A stretch of 64,000 nt of DNA, taken from contig JASLXV010000032.1 of the NCBI GenBank assembly GCA_030740155.1, positions 87,361 to 151,360 of the forward strand, read 5' to 3'. The position numbers were made by a program, and so were the translations under genes. The notes under the pieces were generated by a model. That model had not been told where the DNA came from. It was given only the letters and a program-made list of their open reading frames with translations, and made no database searches. Source of the DNA: Dehalococcoidia bacterium (GTDB taxonomy: Bacteria > Chloroflexota > Dehalococcoidia > Lucifugimonadales > UBA3495). Of this stretch, positions 8,886-17,511 are shown piece by piece; the first letter of the stretch is position 1; each line of letters opens with the position of its first letter.

Positions 8886-10883
8886 TCACGCCGTGGTGGG
8901 CCTGGTGGCCGCCGGGACTCGCCCCGGTGCGGGCTCCCGGGACGGCGCCCGGCGGCGCTGGGGCCATAGCGCGACCACGGTGCCCGCCACGAGCACCGGT
9001 CCCGCCACCCACATCCACCAGATGAGCGGGTTCACCAGGACCCGGAACCCAACCATTCCGTTGGAGAGGTTCTCACTGGGAACCACGTACAGGTCCTCCA
9101 CCGGAGTCGACCGGATGGCGGCCCGAGTCGACGCCATGCTGAAGGCGGGGTAGAAGGCCCGGGCCGGCCGCATGATCGTCAACAGCTTGCCGTCCCGGTA
9201 GACCTCGACTTCGGACACAAACTCGGTGCGATTACCCTTTTCCTCTTCCTGCGTGCCCAGGTACCGTAGCTCGTACTCCGCAATGGTCAAGCTATCGCCG
9301 GGGGCCAGCACCGCGTCTCGCTGGGTGTTGAAAAATGTGGTGCCGACGATGCCCAGCGCCAGCATTACCACCGATAGATGGACGATGTACCCGCCATACC
9401 GGGGCCGGTTGGCCGCGAGGAGACGGAAGAACGCCGTTGGGTAGCTCTCCCCAGACGAGCGGTGCCTGACACGAGTACCCCGGGACCACTCCAGAAGTAT
9501 GCCGGCGGTCACCAGCGCTCCCAGACCGAATCCCGTGAGCGGGTACGCCTGCCGCACGCCCAGGGCCAGCAGCAGCACCACCAACGCCACGGCGATGAGG
9601 CCGGGCAGGAGCAGTGCCCGGCGGACGCTGGCCGGGGTCGCCCGGCGCCAGGGCAGCAGGGGGCCCACCCCCATCAAGAAAAGCAGGCCCAGCAGCAGCG
9701 GCCCGTTCACCTGGTCGTAGAAGGGGCGGGCCACGGTGATCTCCTCGCCGATGGCCAGGCGGGATAGCAAAGGGTAGACAGTGCCCCAGAGGGTGACGAA
9801 GGCGATGGCCAGCAACAGGAAGTTATTGACCAGGAAGGCCGCCTCGCGGGACAGCATCGAGTCAAGTTTCTGGGCACTCTTGAGCAGCGGATAGCGCCAG
9901 AAGAAGACGGCGAAGGGCACCAGCACGCCCACGGCCAAGAAGACGAGGAAGATCCACCCCAGGGTGGAGGCCCCGAAGGAGTGCACCGAGGCGACCTGAC
10001 CGCCCCGGTTCATGAACATGCCGTACAGGGCCATGCCGAAGGACACGTTAATCAGCACGATATTCCACATCCGGAACATCCCCCGCCGCTTTTGCACCAT
10101 GATGGAGTGGACGAATGCGGTCAGGGCCAGCCAGGGCATCAGTCCCGCGTTTTCCACCGGGTCCCAGAACCAGAACCCGCCCCATCCCAGAATGGTGTAG
10201 GCCCACCAGGAGCCCAGCAGCAGGCCGCTCGCCAGCAAGACCCAGGACACGATCCCCCACAAGCGGCCCTGGTCCACCCACTCGTCCCCGCTCTTGCCGC
10301 CTAATTGGGAGCCCAGGGCGAAGGCGAAGGGCAAGGTGATGCCGATCAGGCCGGCCATCAGGGCTGGGGGATGGAAGAACATGCCCACATGGGTCAGCAG
10401 CGGGTTGAGGCCCTCGCCGTCGGCCGGGATGAAGGGCAGCTTTTCGAAGGGGTTCGCCATGAACGCCGTCACCGCCAGGAAGAACGCCAGAACCAGCATC
10501 AAGATCGCGGTGGTGTAGGGCAGGGTGTCGCGGACTTTCACCGGCGCCCGCCAGATGGCGATGCCCGACATCGCCGACAGCACGAAGGCGATGAAGAGCA
10601 GCGACCCCTCGTTGCCGGCGTAGAACGCCACCCAGGTGAAGCGGCCGGCCATCGCCAGATCGCTGTGGCGGGCCACGTAGGCTATCTCGAAGTCCCGGTT
10701 GATGAATGCCGACACCAGGCTGAGGGTCGCCACCAGGAGCACCAGGACCGTCAGGTATGCGGCACTTCGGGAACTCTGGATCAGGACTGGAACACCCCGG
10801 ACCTGGCCCACCAAAGACCCAATGGCGGCGTAGGCCGAGAGAGCCAGCGCCAGCAGTAAGCAGATTGCGCCTAGATCAGCCAT
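8886..10883 (-). CDS. ccmF: Cytochrome c-type biogenesis heme lyase CcmF
   Basis: GNEGSLL, GLNPLL, HPP, the WWD motif (WAYTILGWGGFWFWDPVEN) and SVHSF. Confidence 0.95.
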   Translation of the reverse strand: MADLGAICLLLALALSAYAAIGSLVGQVRGVPVLIQSSRSAAYLTVLVLLVATLSLVSAFINRDFEIAYVARHSDLAMAGRFTWVAFYAGNEGSLLFIAFVLSAMSGIAIWRAPVKVRDTLPYTTAILMLVLAFFLAVTAFMANPFEKLPFIPADGEGLNPLLTHVGMFFHPPALMAGLIGITLPFAFALGSQLGGKSGDEWVDQGRLWGIVSWVLLASGLLLGSWWAYTILGWGGFWFWDPVENAGLMPWLALTAFVHSIMVQKRRGMFRMWNIVLINVSFGMALYGMFMNRGGQVASVHSFGASTLGWIFLVFLAVGVLVPFAVFFWRYPLLKSAQKLDSMLSREAAFLVNNFLLLAIAFVTLWGTVYPLLSRLAIGEEITVARPFYDQVNGPLLLGLLFLMGVGPLLPWRRATPASVRRALLLPGLIAVALVVLLLALGVRQAYPLTGFGLGALVTAGILLEWSRGTRVRHRSSGESYPTAFFRLLAANRPRYGGYIVHLSVVMLALGIVGTTFFNTQRDAVLAPGDSLTIAEYELRYLGTQEEEKGNRTEFVSEVEVYRDGKLLTIMRPARAFYPAFSMASTRAAIRSTPVEDLYVVPSENLSNGMVGFRVLVNPLIWWMWVAGPVLVAGTVVALWPQRRRAPSREPAPGRVPAATRPTTA

Positions 10884-10934
10884 GGGGAATGAAGCCTGCC
10901 TCCTTTTTGGCCTGCCAGACCGGCGAAGCCGCGG

Positions 10935-11573
10935 CTAGCGCTCGCCTTCCGGTTGAGAATCTTCGCCCCGAAGGGGTCCTACGCCGCCGGCGCCCGGGTT
11001 GGATGCAACTTGGGTCTCGCCGCCACTCTCGGACATCATGGAGGCCGGCCGGCGCCCGGAGGGTCCTTCGCCGTTCAGCAGGCCCAGGTCCCGGTCTACG
11101 GTCTCCAGGAAAGGCTCCAGGCCGTCTTCCGGTGACGGCCCGGCAGCGGGCTTTCCACCACCGCCGGCCGCCATCGACCGGAGAATCGCCAGCGCGCCCA
11201 CCAGCGCCGCCACGACCCCGGCCACGGGCAAGATCCAGGCCAGCAGGTTAACGCCGGACTTGGGTGGGGCGGCCAAGACACCGGGCCCGTAACGGTCGAC
11301 GAAGAAGTCCAGGATTTTAGCGCGGCTGGAGCCATGGGACAGCATCTCCCGTACCACTCCGCGCATCTGCCGGGCCAACTCCACCTGGGCCTGGTCGATG
11401 GTCTCGGCCGGGCAAACCGGGCACATCAGGCTCCGGTCGATGGCCTGGGCTTCTTCCTCGTCGTAGGGCAGGACCTGGGCCAGGGCGGTGCCTCCGCTCA
11501 GCAGCAACACCGGGAGCAGCCCCGCGATAAGCGCCAGGGACCTAGGCCAGTTGGATGGCAATCGAATGCCCAT
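10935..11573 (-). CDS. ccmH: Cytochrome c-type biogenesis protein CcmH
   Basis: LMCPVC..ETI, A.QMR, FV.RYG..VL..P followed by a TM; start placed at MGIRLP (11573). Confidence 0.88.
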   Translation of the reverse strand: MGIRLPSNWPRSLALIAGLLPVLLLSGGTALAQVLPYDEEEAQAIDRSLMCPVCPAETIDQAQVELARQMRGVVREMLSHGSSRAKILDFFVDRYGPGVLAAPPKSGVNLLAWILPVAGVVAALVGALAILRSMAAGGGGKPAAGPSPEDGLEPFLETVDRDLGLLNGEGPSGRRPASMMSESGGETQVASNPGAGGVGPLRGEDSQPEGER

Positions 11574-12145
11574 ATACCAGTCCCAGTTGGGGGTCTCGGC
11601 GGGCCGGGCGGTCCCCCGGGTTCTTGACGGAGACCGGCGACGCGGGCCGGTGGTTGAGGAATGGGGTCCGGGCTTGAGCCTCCCTTCCCGGTCGGCCATG
11701 GAGCCGGACCAGGACACCCTGCGTCGGCTCCCCTTGGCGGTGGGACAACGGCGAGGGCAAGGTGGAGGGAAAACCCGTCTCCCAATCGACCGGCGTCCCG
11801 TGGCAGTGGAGGCCACGGGCTTCAAGCCCGCTGAAGTCTGGCGTTGGCGTGGCGGGTGGTGGGCTCAAAATCCCTTGAAGTCGGAGGCAGCAACCCGGCT
11901 TGCGGAAATCATCAGGAGTAGCTGGTTCATTGCTGCTGTTGAGGATCGATGATGTGCTTCGCCGCGGCTCTGAGGCCCGACGACGCGGGACACCACCACT
12001 CCGCTAAGGATAAACCCCTCGATGCCCCGATTGTCAATGGCCGTGTACGTGCGGCGTAGGGACAACCGGGGCGTGGCTTACTCGAGACAGCGCCGTCACC
12101 GGTGCCCGTCTTGAGACCCCGGTATTCTCCCACGGCCAGACGGCG

Positions 12146-13126
12146 TTACGGGGTAACCACGAAGTCTCCGAACATGGTGAAGTTGTGTCCGGGGAATGTA
12201 CACACGAACTGGTAGGTGCCCGCCGCGGGGGCGTCGAAGCTGACATCTCCCGTGGCGCCCGCGTTTAGCACCTTGGTGTTGGCGATAACGTCGGCGTCGC
12301 CGGGCTGTACCCAGTCGTTGCCGGGACCGGCCGCGGTGCCTCGGGAGGAAACGGCGTCTTTCGTCCCGGCTTTCACGATCACCACGTTATGCTGATTGAT
12401 GCCGGAGACGTTATCGAAGCTCAGGACCACCTCGCTGCCGGCGGCGACCTCTAAAGCGTCTTTGTCGAACTGGAGCGCGTCCCCGTTGACGCTGATCTCC
12501 AGGGTGCCGGCCGCTGATGAGTCATCGGGCGGCTGTGTCGGCGGAGGTGTGGCCTCTGGGGTCGCGGTCTCGCCAGCCGCACCGGTCATACCTGCCGACG
12601 TCGGGGCCAGCGTGCTGGTGATGTATTCGACAATGGCGGTTTGTTCGCCAGCGGTCAGCAGCTTGCTGAAGTTCGGCATCGCGACAACGCCGGAGCGCAT
12701 GAAGCCCAGGATGCCTCCGGGGCCGATGGCCTTGGCCTGGTCGGAGGTCAGGTCCGGGCTGACGGCGGCCTCGTAGCCGTAGGAGTTGACCAGCGTTTGC
12801 AGCACCGGCCCGTCGCCCTGGCCGGTCAGGCCGTGGCACATCGAGCAGTTGACCATGTACAGGTGCCGCCCGTCGGTGAACGACGTGGATTCAGGACCGG
12901 GATACCAGGCCACGGAACTCGCCGGCGCACTCAACCGGGGTGGCTCGTGAGACTTGTAGGTCTGCTGGTAGTGCATCTCGTAGAAGATGTCCAGGGGATA
13001 GGCCCCCTGGCTGCACCCGGCGGCTACCAGGCCCAACAAGAGAGCCAGGCCGAATAGGTAGCCCCGGACCCTTCGACGGCCGGCGCTACGGGGTTGATTC
13101 GGTTGTGTCGTTCGCTGATTGCTCAT
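12146..13126 (-). CDS. actE: ActE-like monoheme cytochrome c lipoprotein fused to a C-terminal auracyanin/azurin-like cupredoxin
   Basis: Lipobox VAAG-C, EMHYQ, CSMCH, AMP axial Met; T/P/A-rich linker; HNVVIV and CTFPGH..M type-1 copper ligands. Confidence 0.85.
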   Translation of the reverse strand: MSNQRTTQPNQPRSAGRRRVRGYLFGLALLLGLVAAGCSQGAYPLDIFYEMHYQQTYKSHEPPRLSAPASSVAWYPGPESTSFTDGRHLYMVNCSMCHGLTGQGDGPVLQTLVNSYGYEAAVSPDLTSDQAKAIGPGGILGFMRSGVVAMPNFSKLLTAGEQTAIVEYITSTLAPTSAGMTGAAGETATPEATPPPTQPPDDSSAAGTLEISVNGDALQFDKDALEVAAGSEVVLSFDNVSGINQHNVVIVKAGTKDAVSSRGTAAGPGNDWVQPGDADVIANTKVLNAGATGDVSFDAPAAGTYQFVCTFPGHNFTMFGDFVVTP

Positions 13127-13140
13127 TCCCGTGTGAATCC

Positions 13141-13650
13141 CTAGGTTTCCCGTACCACGTCTACGGCACCCGCTTGGGTAAGTATGCCGGACACCTGCGG
13201 CAGCTGTTCCTCTTCGGCGTTAACTAGGACGCCGATGTAGCCCTCGGTGATGCGGGTGTCGTACAGGCCAAGCTTAAACTTGGGCAACCGGAACTCGAAG
13301 ATAATCCCGAGCACGGTGAACATTATGGCGCCCAGCATGGTGGTCTCGTAGGTTACCACCGCCATCGGTGGGAGGGATAGGATGGGCTTGCCCCCCTGCA
13401 CCAGGGGGTAGGCCATCTGGGTCATGGAGGTCAGGATGATACCCGCCGTCAATCCGATCAACGCGCCGACAAAGGGGAAGATGTACAGCCGGTGGGGCTC
13501 AGGCCGTTCCCCGAAAGCCCCTTCCGGGTAGGGGGCGTCGGTCAGGAAGTCGTAATCATTGGGCGATATGTTCGCAGCCTGCAGGGCATCCCCCGCTTCG
13601 GCAGCGTAGTTTGCATCTTCAAAGAGCCCCAGTATCGGCCGTCTCGCCAT
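13141..13650 (-). CDS. actD: Alternative complex III subunit ActD (DUF3341-like)
   Basis: Two TMs with YPLVQGGKP..S.P...V..YE.T motif; operon position. Confidence 0.85.
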   Translation of the reverse strand: MARRPILGLFEDANYAAEAGDALQAANISPNDYDFLTDAPYPEGAFGERPEPHRLYIFPFVGALIGLTAGIILTSMTQMAYPLVQGGKPILSLPPMAVVTYETTMLGAIMFTVLGIIFEFRLPKFKLGLYDTRITEGYIGVLVNAEEEQLPQVSGILTQAGAVDVVRET

Positions 13651-13719
13651 CTCTTTATCCTCCCTTCATCCCCGCTTCCGGCCACGCTCCCATAGGAGAG
13701 TGCCTCGGGGTGAAAGCCG

Positions 13720-15111
13720 TTAATCCTCTCGAAATACCGCGGGCACGGTCCGGCGCCCAATCTTGAACTCGGTCTTCAGGATGTCCCCTTCTTTTATGTC
13801 GTAAAGCGGTATCAGCGGGACCACTTTGCTCAGCAGCAGGACCAGCATGGCCACCATGGCGAAGGTCGCTCCGATGATGACGGCCTCTACCCAGGTGGGG
13901 CGGTAGGTGTACCAGTCGAAGGAGAACATCTGCTTCTGCGCCAGTCCGGGCACGAAAATCAGGAACCTCTCCAGCCACATGCCGATGTTAACCGCGATGC
14001 AGGCGATTGACATAATCCACAGGTTGCGGCGGGCGCCCTTGTTCAGCCACAGACTCACCGGCAGGAAGTAGGTCAGTATCACAAAGGCGATCATCCACAG
14101 GTTCCAGGGCGGCTGGGTAAACTGGAAGCTGCGCAGCGCGATCTCGTCAGCCTCCCGCCCGTAGAACCCGAAAACCACTTCCATCACGAAGAAGTAGAAC
14201 CAGCCGGTGGCCACCACTATCAGCAAGCGTCCCAGGGCGTCGATGTGCTCGTGGCGGATGTAAGACTGCCACCCGTAGGCCCAGCGCAGCAGTATCATCA
14301 CGAAGGTAACCGCCGAGACTCCCGAGTGGACGGCGCCCACCACGAAGTAGGGGGCGAAGATTGTCGAGTGCCACGACTTGACCGACACGGCCATGCCGAA
14401 GTCCCAGGAGACTATGCTGTGGACCGACACGAACACCGGCAGTATCAGCGCCGACAGCAGCACTCCCGCGATAATCTGAAGCTTCCATTGGCGCGGGTTG
14501 CCCTGCCAGCCCATGGCCAGCACCCCGTATATCTTGTGGCTGATCCCGGTGGTGCGGTCTCGAAGCACCGCCAGGTCGGGGAGCAGCGCGACCATAACGA
14601 ACAGGATGCTGGAGGTCAGGTAGGTGAATATGGCGCTGGGGTCCCACACCAGGGGCGACCGGATGTTGGGCCATACCCCGCGGGCGATGTCGTAGGGAAC
14701 GAAGGGCACGGTGTAGACCCAGTAGACCAGGCGCCAGGGACGACCGCTGTGAATCAGCGGCATCAGCACCGCGGTCATCAGCGAGAAGACTGTGAGCACT
14801 TCGGCAGCCCGGGTGGCCGGCCTCCGCCACTCGGCCTTGGAGAGCCGTAGGATGGCGGACAGCATAACGCCCGCATGGCTGATACCGATCCAGAAGACGA
14901 AGTTGGTGATGAAGAATCCCCACATCACCGGCCGGTTCAGCCCGGTCACTCCCAGGCCGCGGTTGATCATGTAGCCTGTGGCGCCCAGGGCGATCAGGAC
15001 GATCATACCCAGGATGGCGATCGTAAACCAGAACCACTTGGGCGTGAACAGGATCGATCGCAGTAGGTCCGCGTTAACCTGTTTTGCCGATAGGACTCTA
15101 CCTTCCTGCAT
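13720..15111 (-). CDS. actC: Alternative complex III quinol-binding subunit ActC (NrfD/PsrC family)
   Basis: WGFFITNFVFWIGISHAG, IHSGRPW, PN.RSPLVWD, SVHSIVSWDF and WHSTIFAPYFV motifs. Confidence 0.92.
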   Translation of the reverse strand: MQEGRVLSAKQVNADLLRSILFTPKWFWFTIAILGMIVLIALGATGYMINRGLGVTGLNRPVMWGFFITNFVFWIGISHAGVMLSAILRLSKAEWRRPATRAAEVLTVFSLMTAVLMPLIHSGRPWRLVYWVYTVPFVPYDIARGVWPNIRSPLVWDPSAIFTYLTSSILFVMVALLPDLAVLRDRTTGISHKIYGVLAMGWQGNPRQWKLQIIAGVLLSALILPVFVSVHSIVSWDFGMAVSVKSWHSTIFAPYFVVGAVHSGVSAVTFVMILLRWAYGWQSYIRHEHIDALGRLLIVVATGWFYFFVMEVVFGFYGREADEIALRSFQFTQPPWNLWMIAFVILTYFLPVSLWLNKGARRNLWIMSIACIAVNIGMWLERFLIFVPGLAQKQMFSFDWYTYRPTWVEAVIIGATFAMVAMLVLLLSKVVPLIPLYDIKEGDILKTEFKIGRRTVPAVFRED

Positions 15112-15214
15112 GGAAGCTCCTAGACGTTTTGTAACCCATCAACCATTTGTCCGAGGCGTTCCCCAGTCCTCTCCCCGCCGGCCCTCGAGGGCCGCCGGAT
15201 GACTGCCGGGCCGC

Positions 15215-16621
15215 CTATTCAGGTTTGGCCAACACCAGGTAGTGGCCGCGTATAAAGGTGCCCATCCGCTGATACATGGTGCCCTCTTTGACCTCCCAAG
15301 TGGAGAGAATCGGTATCAGCCGCGTTGCCGCTAGGTAGAACAGGGCAGCTCCTCCTATCCCGCCCAGGATCATGAACACGTCCCAAACGTCGGGCCAGAC
15401 TGCCGCGGGCACGTGGGACAACCCCAGGTTGTATATGTCCCCCGCATTGAACGACCCGACGAAGGTCCGGATGTTGAAAAGTAAAGCTCCCACCAGGGCG
15501 GACAGGCCGGCCAGCGGCGCTCCCCAAGCTCTCCGGCGCACCGGGTTCCACAGCAGGATCAAGAGGGGCAGGGCGAAGCTGAATATGAAATTGGCCAAGA
15601 ACACCCAGCCGTAGGCCTCGAAGAACAGGTACTTGAGGATGTTCTGCTCTACCTCCAGGCGGCCAAACCAGTAGGTCACGCCGAAGGCGAAGACCATGTA
15701 GCACCACAGCAGGGTGAAACCCAGGAGTATCTTGCTGGCCGACCAGAAGGGCGACACGCCGATGTACTCCTGGTAGCCTCCCCAGCGGCGCAGAATGAAC
15801 AGTATCACCAGGATCATGCCCAGGGATGACTGAAAGCTGGTGAGCGTGTATATGACCGGGAAAATCGAGTCTTTCCAGCCCGGTATCAGGCTCTGGCCGA
15901 ACTCCGTGCTGATGATGAAGTGGATGTAAAGCAGGAACATGAAGTAGAACCCGCCCAGCATGGCCAGCGCGGCCTTCTGGGTGATCCACTGCCGCTTGGT
16001 GCCGTACCAGTGTCCCGCCAGGAGCGAGTACACCTTCCGGCGAAGCCCGGTGGACGACAGCCGGGCCTCCGCCATGTCGGGCATCGCGGAGAACCACAGG
16101 ATGGCCAGGCCCAGAATGGCCAGGAAGATCACGCCCAGCAGGTCCCACACGTAGGGAGCGCCGACGGGCACTTCAAACCAGAGGGTGCGGCGTACCTCCA
16201 TCTGCTCGGGCCCGGAGCCGGGGTTCTTGATGGGTGGCATCACCAGCATCAACGGGATGAACATCAGGAGGGTGAAGATGCTCACCACGGAGAACAGCTC
16301 CGCTATTCGCGAGAGGGGGCGTCTCCAGTGGCTCTTGGTGAACCGGAAAGCGACCGCCGCCAACGGAGCGGTTCCGGTAACCATGAATACAAACGAGAAG
16401 ACGGCGGCGTAGTAGCCCCAGGGCCCATGCTCGCTGAAACCATCATCGATGACCCGGACGATGAAGCCGGTGATCCCCAACACGAGCAGCATGGCCGAGA
16501 TGGTCATGGCGATCGCCAACCGGTCGGGCAGGACGAAGGTCTTGCCCAACAGGTCCTTGGTTACCTTGTTCGCCTCGGGGAAGACCCATACTCCGGCGTT
16601 ATGATGTCCGTTAACCGCCAT
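15215..16621 (-). CDS. Second NrfD-family membrane subunit (ActF-like)
   Basis: About 10 TMs; WRRPLSRIAE and PGWKDSIFP are paralogous to ActC, but the HxGRP and SPLVWD quinol-site motifs are missing. Confidence 0.75.
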   Translation of the reverse strand: MAVNGHHNAGVWVFPEANKVTKDLLGKTFVLPDRLAIAMTISAMLLVLGITGFIVRVIDDGFSEHGPWGYYAAVFSFVFMVTGTAPLAAVAFRFTKSHWRRPLSRIAELFSVVSIFTLLMFIPLMLVMPPIKNPGSGPEQMEVRRTLWFEVPVGAPYVWDLLGVIFLAILGLAILWFSAMPDMAEARLSSTGLRRKVYSLLAGHWYGTKRQWITQKAALAMLGGFYFMFLLYIHFIISTEFGQSLIPGWKDSIFPVIYTLTSFQSSLGMILVILFILRRWGGYQEYIGVSPFWSASKILLGFTLLWCYMVFAFGVTYWFGRLEVEQNILKYLFFEAYGWVFLANFIFSFALPLLILLWNPVRRRAWGAPLAGLSALVGALLFNIRTFVGSFNAGDIYNLGLSHVPAAVWPDVWDVFMILGGIGGAALFYLAATRLIPILSTWEVKEGTMYQRMGTFIRGHYLVLAKPE

Positions 16622-17420
16622 GGGCGTTATCCTTGCTCAAAGGAAATTGATCGACCTTCTTCAGGTATATGACGTTGGGTTTGGTGCCCATCTCTTCCAG
16701 CAGACGGTAAACCCGGGTATCGCCCGGATCCAAATGCTCTCCCCTCTTCCGGGCTTCGATCTGCTCGTTGGCCTCCTTGAAGCGCTCGTGGACCGGCCCG
16801 GTAATGTCCCCCTGGTCGGCGAAGGTCAACGCGTTGGTGGGGCAGGCCGCGACGCAGGCGGGCAGAAGGTTGAGTTCCGCCATCGCCGCATGGTCCAGCG
16901 TCCTCCGTTCCCGTCTCTCTACCGTTATTTCGGCCCGGCGGATCCGTTGGATGCAGAAGGTGCATTTCTCCATGATGCCGCGGCTTCGCACGGTGATGTC
17001 GCTGTTCAGTTGGTGTCTCATCCGTTCCGGCCACACCGGCTCCCACCAGTTGAAGAACCGGGCCTGATAGGTGCAGTTGTTGGCACAGTAGCGGGTGCCG
17101 ACGCACCGGTTGTAGACTTGAACGTTGAGCCCTTCATCATTGTGGTAGGTGGCGTACACCGGGCACACCGGTTCGCACGGGGCGTTCTCGCAGTGCTGGC
17201 ACATTATCGGAATGAAACGGGCCTTTACGTTGGGGAACTCCCCTTCCCAGTACCGCTCGATGCGGATCCACTCGAAGGACCTGCCCTTCTGGAAGTAGTC
17301 CCTTATGTTGATGGGCAGGTTGTTCTCCGCCTGGCACGACACCACGCAGGCTTGGCACCCGGTACATTGGTCCAGGTCCACAACCATGCCCCATTTGTGA
17401 TCGATCCTAGGTGTAACCAT
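16611..17420 (-). CDS. ACIII iron-sulfur subunit (ActB2/QrcC-like)
   Basis: CTGCQACVVSC, CQHCENAPCEPVCP, CVGTRYCANNC and EKCTFC...CVAACP. Confidence 0.92.
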   Translation of the reverse strand: MVTPRIDHKWGMVVDLDQCTGCQACVVSCQAENNLPINIRDYFQKGRSFEWIRIERYWEGEFPNVKARFIPIMCQHCENAPCEPVCPVYATYHNDEGLNVQVYNRCVGTRYCANNCTYQARFFNWWEPVWPERMRHQLNSDITVRSRGIMEKCTFCIQRIRRAEITVERRERRTLDHAAMAELNLLPACVAACPTNALTFADQGDITGPVHERFKEANEQIEARKRGEHLDPGDTRVYRLLEEMGTKPNVIYLKKVDQFPLSKDNAHGG

Positions 17421-17511
17421 ATTCCACCCGGCTCTCAGCCGTCAGCGTTTAGCCATCGTCTTACGGGCATCCAGCCCGTTACTATCAGTACTCGTGCGCT
17501 ACTCGGGCGCG

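Noticed and set aside
12146..12510. Auracyanin-like domain as evidence of phototrophy
   Set aside because: No reaction-centre or bacteriochlorophyll genes in the window; cupredoxins also serve respiration.
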